The translations under genes were made by a program, and so were the position numbers. The notes beneath the pieces are model-generated. The model did no database searches and had not been told where the DNA came from. It saw only the letters and a list, made by a program, of their open reading frames with translations. This document shows, in pieces, positions 9,477-19,394 of a stretch of 64,000 nt of DNA (its first letter is position 1; each line of letters opens with the position of its first letter). Source of the stretch: a virus; IMG/VR virus record IMGVR_UViG_3300031957_001682, positions 32,001 through 96,000 of that record; one strand, 5' to 3'.

Positions 9477-10577
9477 TCACTTAAGGTCACGAATTGAAGC
9501 GTGTCCTCCGAAGAAAGTCGTCCATAGTTCTCCCATAGTTCGGTACATTCCTTCTTGTCCAAGACGGTTGATTGCGAATGGGTCACCAGTTTCAATACCA
9601 CTCTCGAAGTATTGGGTCGGGATAGCGGTTGAGAAGTACAAGTAGTCCGTATCAAGGAAGTACATGCGGCTCAAGGTGTCTGCTTGAACATCCTTAGATG
9701 GGATGATTGGGACACCGTTGTAGGTAGCGACGATGAATCCGGCTTCGATACCGGGAACACCCTTCACACCGTTGTAGGTAGGAGTGATTCGCTTCTCTTC
9801 CATGAATCGCTGTTGCGACTGTAGGAGTTGTTGAAGGCGCATCAAAGTGTCATATCCTGTAAGGATGACCTTTGGGTTGCCACCACGAGTCCAGCACTTT
9901 TGGAAGATGGTGTCCAAGTGGTCGAGGGAAAGAGTTCGGTCAGTACCGGAGTTCTCATCGTGTTCTGCAAGGGACCAAGAGTTTGCACTTCGGTCGATTG
10001 AGTAAATGTCTTCGTTAGCGGAAGCAGATGCACCGGTTGTGATTCGGTCAAGTGACTCGAAATCGTTGCCAGCGGCGGTAGCCTTGTCAACAAGAAGCAT
10101 CTTGTTGATATGCTCGGCGTGGTGCTTACCCATTTCTTCCTTGAGGATTGAGCGAATGTCGCCCAGTCCGTCATCCTTGTCAGCAAGGAACATTGCGGTT
10201 TCGCTCATGTCGAAGGTGTGAACCACAGTCTTCGGCTTTGCGGCAATGTGTTGGAAGGTAGGCTTGGTGGTGTCCGGTAGGGTTGCGTTTTCTGCAACAC
10301 CGCCGCCAACAGTAAACGAAGGTCGTGCAGTGATGACTCGCCATCCACTGCGTTCCCACGGTCGCTTTGGTAGGATTGAAAAGGCGTTGAACTCTTGGTT
10401 CAATTGGGACCAAACTTTGCGACCATAAATCGCTTGGTAAGTACCAGCAGTTGTGGACAGCATAGGGCTGTCAGCCTTGAGCAACTCACTACCGGAGTAG
10501 GAATAGCCCATTGCGTTCCCTGCGCCGTAGTAGTATCGTTCCATGTCAGTTACGCTTCGGATATAATCTCGTGCCAT
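9477..10577 (-). CDS. Major capsid protein (HK97 fold)
   Basis: ~366 aa directly after the protease/scaffold; GGVAENATLPDT E-loop pattern, YNGVPIIPS, MYFLDTDYL; strongly biased codons; candidate cleavage SELLK34/A35. Confidence 0.88.
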   Translation of the reverse strand: MARDYIRSVTDMERYYYGAGNAMGYSYSGSELLKADSPMLSTTAGTYQAIYGRKVWSQLNQEFNAFSILPKRPWERSGWRVITARPSFTVGGGVAENATLPDTTKPTFQHIAAKPKTVVHTFDMSETAMFLADKDDGLGDIRSILKEEMGKHHAEHINKMLLVDKATAAGNDFESLDRITTGASASANEDIYSIDRSANSWSLAEHDENSGTDRTLSLDHLDTIFQKCWTRGGNPKVILTGYDTLMRLQQLLQSQQRFMEEKRITPTYNGVKGVPGIEAGFIVATYNGVPIIPSKDVQADTLSRMYFLDTDYLYFSTAIPTQYFESGIETGDPFAINRLGQEGMYRTMGELWTTFFGGHASIRDLK

Positions 10578-10608
10578 ATATTTCACTCTCCATTATTTTT
10601 TTTGTTTT

Positions 10609-11508
10609 TCAAGCCCCTCGTGTTACCGATGCGGCGAGATTGTGTACTTCATCCCAAGACATGTTGCCCAAGTCTTGTGTGGATGGGACTTCAACATTAG
10701 ATGTGGAAGCCGACTTTTGAATTGATGTGCCGGAAATGGCGATGTTGTCAATTCGCTCACTTAGAGCGTTGATGGACTTCATCACTTCATTGATTGGGGC
10801 ACGAGCATCGAACTCGGCTTTTTCAGCCTCATGCTTTGCGATTGCCATTTCTTTGCTCAATCGGTTAGAGAATTGAGATTCAAGGTCACCACGGAATCCT
10901 TGTTCCAATGCGGCGGCTTTGTACACTTCGTATGCGGCTTCAATATCACTTGAAGAAACATTGCTGTGGTTAAGGTAGCCCTTGCTCATCGAAACAGGTC
11001 CGAGTGCGCCGGATGGGGTCTTACCACCGGATGAGGTGATAGCGTTAATTGCACCAGTGGAAGGTGAACCGTTTTCTTGTCCACGGCCACGGACTTGACC
11101 AGCAAAGTAGTCAGCACCGTCAACAGCGTCGGGATTGTCAAAGCCACCAAGTTGTGCCTTCTCCAAGTTGTCGAAGTGAGAGCGTGCTTGCATTGTGTCA
11201 ACACCAGCAGATTTGAGGGTGTCTTCCATCCAGTTCAAGTATTCAGCGGTGATTACATCGCTGTATTCACTCTTTGCGTAGTTCATCTTATCATCATCAT
11301 TAGTCATAGGTTCATCATCCTTTTTGTCTTCGTCTTTTTTGTCAGCGAATGGGTTTTTAGATTCTTTCTTTTCCTCTTTGGGGTCGGAATCATCTTTTTT
11401 GTCGTTCATGTGTTCTTTGAGGCCGGGGGGCATTTCGCCTTTTTCCATTGCGTCAAGTCGGGCTTCGAGTCTGCTCATAACATTGTTTAAGTCATTTTCT
11501 GTGGTCAT
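10609..11508 (-). CDS. Probable nested in-frame scaffolding protein
   Basis: AAGGAGG-ACACCAAC-ATG inside the protease gene, right after the end of the protease domain. Confidence 0.5.
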   Translation of the reverse strand: MTTENDLNNVMSRLEARLDAMEKGEMPPGLKEHMNDKKDDSDPKEEKKESKNPFADKKDEDKKDDEPMTNDDDKMNYAKSEYSDVITAEYLNWMEDTLKSAGVDTMQARSHFDNLEKAQLGGFDNPDAVDGADYFAGQVRGRGQENGSPSTGAINAITSSGGKTPSGALGPVSMSKGYLNHSNVSSSDIEAAYEVYKAAALEQGFRGDLESQFSNRLSKEMAIAKHEAEKAEFDARAPINEVMKSINALSERIDNIAISGTSIQKSASTSNVEVPSTQDLGNMSWDEVHNLAASVTRGA

Positions 11509-12024
11509 GTTGGTGTCCTCCTTTAGAATGCGAAATTGTGCTTCGGGGTTAATTCCTTTTTCACAAATCGTAATCTCATGTAGTTCCATCTTACTAATTT
11601 CTTGGTAATCTCCATGTTCTCCATCGGACTTTCGCACTCTTTTGAACGCTTGTCCTCCAATGGAAAATCCTTGCAAATTACCCTTACGGATTTCTGCGGC
11701 CACTTCACGAGCCTTTTCAATGTCGTTGCGAAGTGAAACAACCACAAACATACCAGTATCGTCAACTTCGGATTTCCACATCCTTCCGTTTGAGTCAACA
11801 TAGGAGTCAATAACTTCTCCCACTTGAATGTTAGAGTGAGCGAGTTGCACATTGCGGAACTTGTCACTCTTCATAAATCCGCCAAAAGCATCCTTTAGTG
11901 CTGAACGGGTAATGAGGTCGCCTTGCTTGTCCACCAGTTCAACTGATGCGTAGCCAGCGATAACCATGTCGGAACTGCCCTTGATGAGAGCAATGCCGGA
12001 GGTAGGTCGCTTGAGGGACAACAT
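10609..12024 (-). CDS. Prohead protease fused to a C-terminal scaffold
   Basis: HK97-type protease motifs (IAGYASVELVDKQGD, QLAHSN, LQGFSIGG, LHEITICEKGINPEA) followed by a charged coiled-coil region; GGAGG RBS before ATG 12024. Confidence 0.85.
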   Translation of the reverse strand: MLSLKRPTSGIALIKGSSDMVIAGYASVELVDKQGDLITRSALKDAFGGFMKSDKFRNVQLAHSNIQVGEVIDSYVDSNGRMWKSEVDDTGMFVVVSLRNDIEKAREVAAEIRKGNLQGFSIGGQAFKRVRKSDGEHGDYQEISKMELHEITICEKGINPEAQFRILKEDTNMTTENDLNNVMSRLEARLDAMEKGEMPPGLKEHMNDKKDDSDPKEEKKESKNPFADKKDEDKKDDEPMTNDDDKMNYAKSEYSDVITAEYLNWMEDTLKSAGVDTMQARSHFDNLEKAQLGGFDNPDAVDGADYFAGQVRGRGQENGSPSTGAINAITSSGGKTPSGALGPVSMSKGYLNHSNVSSSDIEAAYEVYKAAALEQGFRGDLESQFSNRLSKEMAIAKHEAEKAEFDARAPINEVMKSINALSERIDNIAISGTSIQKSASTSNVEVPSTQDLGNMSWDEVHNLAASVTRGA

Positions 12025-12064
12025 TACCCTCCGATTCATTGTCATGGTATATAGAATGATACTA

Positions 12065-15000
12065 TTACACTGAAAGAGTTGGAGTATCGTTTTCATCGTC
12101 ATAAACGATGGACTCGTCTTCATCGGTCTTCATTTCAATGTGTTTTATTGGCTTTTTCTTTTTTTCTGCGGAATCGGGTTTTATTTCCCCTTCATCCGGT
12201 CTTTTCTTTCCGTCATAATCCGGTAAGTTGCTTTCTTCGGTTAATTTTGTAGGACCGCTTGGAGATTCTATAGGTGTAGCCATATCAATTCCTAAGCCTC
12301 TCGGTCCAGTCCAAGTCAATTTTTCTTTAGCAAGTTGGTCTAAAGCCCTACTGATTACTTCAAGTGCCTTTTTTGTTGAAGGTTTAAGCAAACGATTGTC
12401 GTCTTTTTCATCCAACACCCCTGCCGATTGCTCATCTTGTTTTTTACGACTCGGTACATCTTTTTCATCCATTTCTAACTTCATAAGATGACCTTCAATC
12501 ATCAATGGAGCAACGGTATGCCAATACGGGTGAAGACTTTCTGCTAATGTAATTGAGTAATTTGACTTTCTCAAATCACCCAAAGCGGAAGAAGGTGTGT
12601 GTAAATACCAATTTTCTCCAATTCTTTCAACTTGATATGTCACTGTGTCGATATTTTTCAAAATTACTTGAATAGTATTGTTGTGATATTCTAAATCGTG
12701 TGGTATGAGTATAGGTGAAAATGATTTTGTAAGTAAGTCGAGGGATTCTGTGCTGGCCGCACCTTCACCTTCACCTTCACTTTCTATTTGTCCCACTTGT
12801 ACATTGTACACATCTCGACTTTTTCTTCGTTTTTTAGAAACACCAGTGATAGTTGCTCGAACAATATCGCCAACTTTGAATGCCTTTTGTTGATTGTGTG
12901 CTGTTCCTACATCCATGTAAAATTTGTTTTTATGTGTCACAGCCCGGTTGCCCAATGATTCACCATCAAGAATTGGACCAGCACCAAGTTGGTATGAGAA
13001 TGGACCATTACCCTTACGGTTAAGGATAATAAAATTGAAGTCACGAGTTTTACGCAGTAATAACCACTTTGGATGACGACGCTCTCCTTTCATGTATGTA
13101 GATTTGTTGTCACGCAGAAGTACAACTTTATGTTCATTCTGCAAAATTTTAACAGCATCTTCAAGTCCTTCTTCATCAGTCATTTTAGTGTCATGCGGGC
13201 CGGGAATAATGACATTTTCATGGCTATCAAACTGCCCTCTTAGCACTTTCATGCGTTCATGCATCAACATTTCACTCACATTAGTATCATCATAATTGAT
13301 AATGTCGATGATGTTCAAATCTTTTTCACCTACAATACCATCAATAACAAAATTATTGTCATTTAGTTCTGCAAGGCTTTCTTTGAAGGCTTTCTTCAAT
13401 CCTACTTTACGGCCATTCTCGTCGTAAGTGGTAATTTCATTGTCTTTTTGTACGATAATAACACGCTTACCATCGTACCATTTACTTACAACCCAAGAAC
13501 CACTGAACCCTCTTAAGTGTTCAAGGTCGCTTAAATCAAAGATACGATGCATGGGTCGTACAGGTGGAACCCATTCAGCATCACTACTCTTTGTTAAAAG
13601 AACATCCGGGTTCAAAAGAGAAGCAATATATTCTCCCATCTCCCCCAAAGCAATACGGTCTTCTGCTGTTTCGTAAGTTAATGGATTCATTGCTAAAGCC
13701 GGTGATGTGGCATTTTGTACTGGTATGCTTTCTAAACTTTGAAGCACTTGACTACCTACTTCTTTCCCGTGTAAACCAGTAATTGCATCTTGCCATGTAT
13801 TTTGAAACAACTTTGGTTCAGTAAAAGTTCCGACTATGGGTTCACCATCACTTGAAAAATCAATTCCAAATGTTGATTGTTGAGGATTAGCCACTGAATG
13901 TACTACACCGGCTCCGGTGTGTGTTGGAATAATACCATAGGTATCGGGGTTTATTCCACCTACAGGTACAGGTTCTTCATTAAAACCAACAGACAGTGTG
14001 GTTTTTTCTTGAGGTGCTATATTATCAATGTTAATTTGATTTTGATTCAAGGCAACAATACTATCAAGTCGGTTTTTTGAAGCACGAGTCTTGTATTTTT
14101 TCTCCCCCGAACCAACACCAAAACGATTGTGAATGTCAAATTGCTTACCACCAGCATCAAAGAACGATAAACCAGCAGGTGACATAAGTGAGTCATCGGC
14201 TACAGTGCGTACAACATTGCTTGTAATACTGTGAACTGGGTGTTGCTTCCATTTTTCGTGTTTTGGTTGTGCGTTTTCCATTGCAGTGTGGAAGCCTTCT
14301 TTTACACTGTCTTGTAAAAATTCATCATCACCAGCAAGGTGATGCAAAAAGAAATCATCATCAAATTTACCGCTTTCCATAAGTTGGCCCACGGTACTCA
14401 CATGCAAGGGTTGGTTTGTATTGTTAGATTCGTCAATTATTCGTTGAACATGTGAAGCCATGCGGTTTTTTTGTTCTGTGGTTTTTGGAGTAAGACCAAG
14501 ACCTTCTAAAACTTCATCGGTGTTCATAGTACCGTCAACGGTAAAAATTTCGTCACCTTGCAGGTGTTCGGTTATTTTTGGATGTACACCCTTTTGTCGT
14601 TGGGGTACTTTTTCAGTTGTATTACCAAAACGGTATGCTTGAGTTTTGATACCGTGTACATCATGCGGTACTATACCCAACATTCTTTCAGCCTCAAACA
14701 TCAGTCGATTGTGATTTGCAAGGAACTGTTGAGGGTCTGTTTTTGCTAATTCTTCACTAAAGTGATTTGGGTCATGTTCCAATACACGAGGTAGTAAAAA
14801 TTGTGCGGCTTGAAATACAGACTCACGGCTTGCTTTGAGTAAGTTATTGAAAACTTTAGCATCTGCCTCAACAGGATTGGTTTTACCAAGTGCCCTCTTT
14901 GCGGCTTTACCTTGTAGTTGATTAAGTTCAACTGTGAGTTCTTGTATTTCATTCATAATGCGCTTTGCCCCTTCGGGACTAAACTCTCCTTGTGCCGCAG

Positions 15001-18000
15001 GGTCATAGAGTGTTGATTGAAGTTTTTCAATTTCTGTACGAATATCTTCTTCTCTTTGAACAGAAGGGTACATACCACCCATTGATAACGCTCTATGAAT
15101 AGTGTGAGCATCAAATGGTAGTAGATTACCTTCCTTATCAAGAGTTTTAATTTTACTCTTGCCAGTCAAACTTTCTTTTATGTTTTCTTTTCTTTTTTCT
15201 TGTGCCAGTTCATAACGGTGGTTTGTCAGCCAGTTATGTAAACCTTCAATGTCGCCAGTATTGAGTGCTACATCTTGTTGAGTAAGAGCATCCTTAAGTT
15301 GTTGAAATTCTATGTTATTTTCATCGTCATCAATATCCCCATGAAGGTGATTAAAAACTTCGGTTGCTGAATTGTTGTTCAATTTTGCTAATGCAGTTAA
15401 AATCCTCATATTTTTAGCATCATCGGCGTTTCTAATGTACCGCTTAGTATGTGTAAACGATGGTTGTGTTTGCCCCATTCCTTGAAAATCTATGAAATCG
15501 TCATGGTCAGCACCATAAGTGACAGGTACATTTCCATCTTTTAATGCCTTGAGTTGTTCTATTGAAGTTTTGTTGGGTGCATGGGGTGAATTACTTCGAC
15601 CGAGCATAGTTTTGAGGTAATGTAGTTTTCTTTTCTTTGCTAATATAGGCGTATCACCGCTATGTGATGAATATGCTTGTTCGGGATGAGTAGTTTTCAT
15701 AGCGTTAGATGTAATGGATGGATGGAAATACCGTGTTTTAAATTTCTTCCTTTCTGCACTGTTCATATTCCTTATTGCATATTCTGTTTGAGGTGAAAGC
15801 GTTGTTTTATGAAGAGTCCAGTTATGTTTTTCACCTGCTAATGTTTTTGTAAATACATTGGCTGGTGAAAATATGTTTTCCAACAAAGTGCGTTTATCAC
15901 CTTTATCGAACTTTTTTGTGACCGGGTTCCAAGTACCAACAGGATTTGCTTTTCCAGTACCAAAATGTAATCCCAATGACATATTTTCGGGGTTTACATT
16001 TAATGGTTCATACTGTTTTGAACCTGTCATCGTATTAGTGTGCGGTATAGTTTCAAACATTGAAGAAAACTCCGGCATAGTATCGTCTTCCTTTATGCTT
16101 GAAGTTTGTACTGGTTTTTGACCTTCACCGGTAAAGGGGTTAAAAGGCTCATCAGCATCTATGGAAGCAGGTAATAGTTCATCGAGTGTTGATTGCATTC
16201 CGGGCGATAAACTGTGAATTATTTCGTTGTAAGCAGAATGAGTCATACCTGCTCCACCACCTACATCAAAACCTTGACTCCAAAATTTAGCCGGTCCTAC
16301 GGTGAAATTACCATTACCACCAAGTTGCCAGTGTTTGGGTACATCTTCATCGGGATGAGGGCCATGTGGGGATTGAAGGAAAGTAAGGTGTTCCCTCATT
16401 TCCTTTCCTCTTGATGCGATATTACCGCTTAATTTTGCTTCTTCTTCCATATTTTCTATGTCTTCTAATGGTATAATAGGACCATCCATGTTTCCGTAAA
16501 TAGGGTGTTTTAACAGTGGTTTACGGGTTTTAGGGTCATAACCGGCAAGGAAAAGAATATCTTCCATTGACATAAATGTTTCATGTGGACCTTGCATGAT
16601 ACTTTTCTTTTTTGGTCGATGGTTTCTTGATGATGCCCATAGACCCTTTACTCCATCTTTTGTTTCAAGAGGGTAAGATTCCGCCATGTCATTTTTGTCA
16701 AGATTCAATTTTGGTAAGAAACTGAATGGTTTACCTACCCACTCACCGTTTTGGTCTTCTTCGATACCATGAGCATCATGCAACGCTTCAATGATATAAT
16801 CAGCAATAGAACCAGTTGCTTCTTTTTTATCATCTAAAAGTTGGTATGTATGTACGCCTTCACCAAAGGCATTTTGCAAAAATCTGTTATTACCTTGACT
16901 ATAATCTTCCATACTTTCCATACGATGATGTGCATTAGCACCTCTATGTTCATCACCTCGTGTAGCCCAATTTAACTCCGGTGTACGACGAATTAAGTTA
17001 TTCCAAGCAATGCGAGCAGAAGGTATTGTTTCACCGTTAGGTAATTTTAGAAGAGGGCTTTTATCAAGACCACCTTCTTCATGTATTCGACGCATAACTG
17101 CTGTACGCTCAACAGGGTTTAGCCATTCAAGACCATACATGTACCCCTCATGACCAAGTGCTGATGGGTGTTTATCACCATTTTCATCAACAACATAACC
17201 GTCACTTACCCATTGCTTGGCTCTTGCTTCAAAATGAGCAACTCGCAAGCGATTCTCATTTTCTTCTGCCGAACGACCCTCGGAAAGATTTGCCTCATTC
17301 ATTTTGATAGCATCAATGTTATTTCGTTTCCATCGTTGATAATCTCGTTGATACAAGTCATCTTGATGAGAAACATTGCTACCATTTACTCGGATTGGTC
17401 CTAAAAGTGTTTTTTTGTTGTGACCAAAAATAAGTGGACTTTTGACCTTTTCAAGTTCATCGTGTAGTAAACCTTCCATTCGTGCTTCTTCTTTTGAGTG
17501 TCCGTTGAAAATGTGACTTCTAAACTTCTCAACAAAAGCCGGATAACCACTTGTGGAATTAGTATGCAATAAAGGATAAACGGAAGAATGGAATGGAAAA
17601 TGCATTTTTGTGTAGGGTGAGCCGGGTTCGGGGGTAAAAGAAGGCCATACAGCATGAGAATGCATTATGTCTTTTGCACCACGCAGACCTTTATTCCAAA
17701 TATGATTTGTAGGTTCATTGTAAATTTCTTGACGACCAAGAAGCATACCCGGTCCTTCTGCTACTCCCGCTTGGGTATTTACCGTAGCAATATCTTGACT
17801 TGCTATTTTTTCTCGTTGTGCGTCATCTTTGACAATCATTTCAGCACTGTATTTCAAAGTACGAAGAGTGTCATCGGTAGGTGCTTTTTCTAAAGACTCC
17901 CACGCTATAATGTATTCTGCGGCATTAAAGGCTAAATCCTTACCATCGGCTAATGACAAAAGAAAGTCATCTTTTACAATGTTGAAATTTTCTGCCACCA

Positions 18001-18001
18001 T
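12065..18001 (-). CDS. 1978-aa head-module protein with a C-terminal degenerate ATP-dependent DNA ligase-like domain
   Basis: WVVSKWYDGKR (motif I-like), FVIDGIV (motif III-like), LRDNKSTYMKGERRHPKWLLLRK (motif V-like), then an OB-like region; located between portal and protease. Confidence 0.65.
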   Translation of the reverse strand: MVAENFNIVKDDFLLSLADGKDLAFNAAEYIIAWESLEKAPTDDTLRTLKYSAEMIVKDDAQREKIASQDIATVNTQAGVAEGPGMLLGRQEIYNEPTNHIWNKGLRGAKDIMHSHAVWPSFTPEPGSPYTKMHFPFHSSVYPLLHTNSTSGYPAFVEKFRSHIFNGHSKEEARMEGLLHDELEKVKSPLIFGHNKKTLLGPIRVNGSNVSHQDDLYQRDYQRWKRNNIDAIKMNEANLSEGRSAEENENRLRVAHFEARAKQWVSDGYVVDENGDKHPSALGHEGYMYGLEWLNPVERTAVMRRIHEEGGLDKSPLLKLPNGETIPSARIAWNNLIRRTPELNWATRGDEHRGANAHHRMESMEDYSQGNNRFLQNAFGEGVHTYQLLDDKKEATGSIADYIIEALHDAHGIEEDQNGEWVGKPFSFLPKLNLDKNDMAESYPLETKDGVKGLWASSRNHRPKKKSIMQGPHETFMSMEDILFLAGYDPKTRKPLLKHPIYGNMDGPIIPLEDIENMEEEAKLSGNIASRGKEMREHLTFLQSPHGPHPDEDVPKHWQLGGNGNFTVGPAKFWSQGFDVGGGAGMTHSAYNEIIHSLSPGMQSTLDELLPASIDADEPFNPFTGEGQKPVQTSSIKEDDTMPEFSSMFETIPHTNTMTGSKQYEPLNVNPENMSLGLHFGTGKANPVGTWNPVTKKFDKGDKRTLLENIFSPANVFTKTLAGEKHNWTLHKTTLSPQTEYAIRNMNSAERKKFKTRYFHPSITSNAMKTTHPEQAYSSHSGDTPILAKKRKLHYLKTMLGRSNSPHAPNKTSIEQLKALKDGNVPVTYGADHDDFIDFQGMGQTQPSFTHTKRYIRNADDAKNMRILTALAKLNNNSATEVFNHLHGDIDDDENNIEFQQLKDALTQQDVALNTGDIEGLHNWLTNHRYELAQEKRKENIKESLTGKSKIKTLDKEGNLLPFDAHTIHRALSMGGMYPSVQREEDIRTEIEKLQSTLYDPAAQGEFSPEGAKRIMNEIQELTVELNQLQGKAAKRALGKTNPVEADAKVFNNLLKASRESVFQAAQFLLPRVLEHDPNHFSEELAKTDPQQFLANHNRLMFEAERMLGIVPHDVHGIKTQAYRFGNTTEKVPQRQKGVHPKITEHLQGDEIFTVDGTMNTDEVLEGLGLTPKTTEQKNRMASHVQRIIDESNNTNQPLHVSTVGQLMESGKFDDDFFLHHLAGDDEFLQDSVKEGFHTAMENAQPKHEKWKQHPVHSITSNVVRTVADDSLMSPAGLSFFDAGGKQFDIHNRFGVGSGEKKYKTRASKNRLDSIVALNQNQINIDNIAPQEKTTLSVGFNEEPVPVGGINPDTYGIIPTHTGAGVVHSVANPQQSTFGIDFSSDGEPIVGTFTEPKLFQNTWQDAITGLHGKEVGSQVLQSLESIPVQNATSPALAMNPLTYETAEDRIALGEMGEYIASLLNPDVLLTKSSDAEWVPPVRPMHRIFDLSDLEHLRGFSGSWVVSKWYDGKRVIIVQKDNEITTYDENGRKVGLKKAFKESLAELNDNNFVIDGIVGEKDLNIIDIINYDDTNVSEMLMHERMKVLRGQFDSHENVIIPGPHDTKMTDEEGLEDAVKILQNEHKVVLLRDNKSTYMKGERRHPKWLLLRKTRDFNFIILNRKGNGPFSYQLGAGPILDGESLGNRAVTHKNKFYMDVGTAHNQQKAFKVGDIVRATITGVSKKRRKSRDVYNVQVGQIESEGEGEGAASTESLDLLTKSFSPILIPHDLEYHNNTIQVILKNIDTVTYQVERIGENWYLHTPSSALGDLRKSNYSITLAESLHPYWHTVAPLMIEGHLMKLEMDEKDVPSRKKQDEQSAGVLDEKDDNRLLKPSTKKALEVISRALDQLAKEKLTWTGPRGLGIDMATPIESPSGPTKLTEESNLPDYDGKKRPDEGEIKPDSAEKKKKPIKHIEMKTDEDESIVYDDENDTPTLSV

Positions 18002-18013
18002 AATTTCACCGCC

Positions 18014-18181
18014 TCATTGTAGCGGTTGAAATTTAGGACAAGCAAAAATATCCATACCGGGATGTAATTTACAACCTTCTCGTGGATTACCCCCACAAGT
18101 TAGGCAAGTCATTGGTTTACCCTGCTCGACTTCTTCACGAACTGCCGCTTTGGGTGACTTGATTACCATGATGTAAGCCAT
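18014..18181 (-). CDS. Small Cys-rich protein (55 aa, not in the ORF track)
   Basis: MAYIMVIKSP...CLTCGG...CKLH...CPKF; fills the gap in the operon. Confidence 0.5.
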   Translation of the reverse strand: MAYIMVIKSPKAAVREEVEQGKPMTCLTCGGNPREGCKLHPGMDIFACPKFQPLQ

Positions 18182-18190
18182 GTGACCACA

Positions 18191-18646
18191 TCACTCGCCT
18201 TGATTATCTTCTCGCTCAACACCAGTACCAACATGTGGGTTCATACGACCGCCAAGTTTACCCAAGTCAACTTTTTTGTCATGCTTGTCACGCTTTGGTT
18301 TACCATCTTCATATTCAATGGTGTTGCCATTTGTGGTGTAGTAAGCGGTTTTGGTTTGCCCACCGGATTCGGTGACCAAGTGAGGGTTCACATCGGTGAT
18401 TTTTTCTTTTGGAAGTGGCTTTGGGTTTTTGATTGCGGCTTTTGCCATCTTTCCACCACAACCCATTTTCATGCAACCCATCTTGTTCATTTTAGAACCG
18501 CACTTAGGACAGTCTTTACACTTACAAGGTTTTTTTCCACAGTCACACTTGCCTTTTTCAAGAAGACCTAAACGATTGTTCATTTCTTCTGCTTTTTCAA
18601 GTATCTGCTTAACTTCATAACTTATTGCTTCAAATCTTGGCTTCAT
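18191..18646 (-). CDS. Lys/Cys-rich protein
   Basis: KCDCGKKPCKCKDCPKCG...MGCMKMGCGG metallothionein-like stretch; GAGGTG RBS. Confidence 0.6.
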   Translation of the reverse strand: MKPRFEAISYEVKQILEKAEEMNNRLGLLEKGKCDCGKKPCKCKDCPKCGSKMNKMGCMKMGCGGKMAKAAIKNPKPLPKEKITDVNPHLVTESGGQTKTAYYTTNGNTIEYEDGKPKRDKHDKKVDLGKLGGRMNPHVGTGVEREDNQGE

Positions 18647-18648
18647 AC

Positions 18649-18984
18649 TTACACCTCGGTTTCTTTTGCTGATTGTGCCATTTCATGAATATCTTCCCAC
18701 GACATATTGTGGAACTCTTCATTTGTTTGCGGCACAGAAGAGTTTACACCTTTCATAATTGAATCATCATTCATGTCATTACGAAAAGCATCGCCAGTGA
18801 CATTTTCAGTAAATGGTGTTGTTGCTTTCACCATGCCCATTTTTTTCAACATAATAGTTGGATTGTTAATCATCTTACGAAGGCGCATGTTTTCTTGCTT
18901 GAGTGATTCAAGGTCGCTGTCCATGCTTTCCATCTTTGTAATTAAAACACCCATCAATCGTTCCGCATCCGATTGTTCAGTCAT
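18649..18984 (-). CDS. Coiled-coil protein sharing the scaffold C-terminal motif
   Basis: Ends VPQTNEEFHNMSWEDIHEMA, like the scaffold end VPSTQDLGNMSWDEVHNLA; GAGGTGA RBS. Confidence 0.6.
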   Translation of the reverse strand: MTEQSDAERLMGVLITKMESMDSDLESLKQENMRLRKMINNPTIMLKKMGMVKATTPFTENVTGDAFRNDMNDDSIMKGVNSSVPQTNEEFHNMSWEDIHEMAQSAKETEV

Positions 18985-18994
18985 TTAAATCACC

Positions 18995-19351
18995 TCATTG
19001 AGAGTGTCGGCCAAAGGTTCCGGTGACACGGGTATAGTTTGATGGTCGAACTCCGTTTGAAACAGTACCAGTAAGTCGTTGTCCTTGAAGGGATTGAGCC
19101 GAAGCAGGTCGATTATCGAACTTCATAACAGGTGCGCCACCAGCGTAAATATCGTTAGGACCAATAGTAAGACCACTTTCAGCCTTAGCAATAGCGGCAG
19201 ACAAATCTTCCGAAAGATAGTCTGCTACCTTACGCAATTCATTCAATTGTTGCTTTGCTAAGTTAGCATCACCATCTGTCAAAGCACTAATGAATGCTTT
19301 TTGATGTTGTTCCATCTTTCTTGCCATTGGGTCCATTTTGATTAAATCCAT
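18995..19351 (-). CDS. Hypothetical head-module protein
   Basis: Helical N-half beginning MDLIK-M; directly after the portal. Confidence 0.55.
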   Translation of the reverse strand: MDLIKMDPMARKMEQHQKAFISALTDGDANLAKQQLNELRKVADYLSEDLSAAIAKAESGLTIGPNDIYAGGAPVMKFDNRPASAQSLQGQRLTGTVSNGVRPSNYTRVTGTFGRHSQ

Positions 19352-19394
19352 GTTCAGCCCTACCTTATCCCATGTTGTTGCTCTTTAAGAGTCT

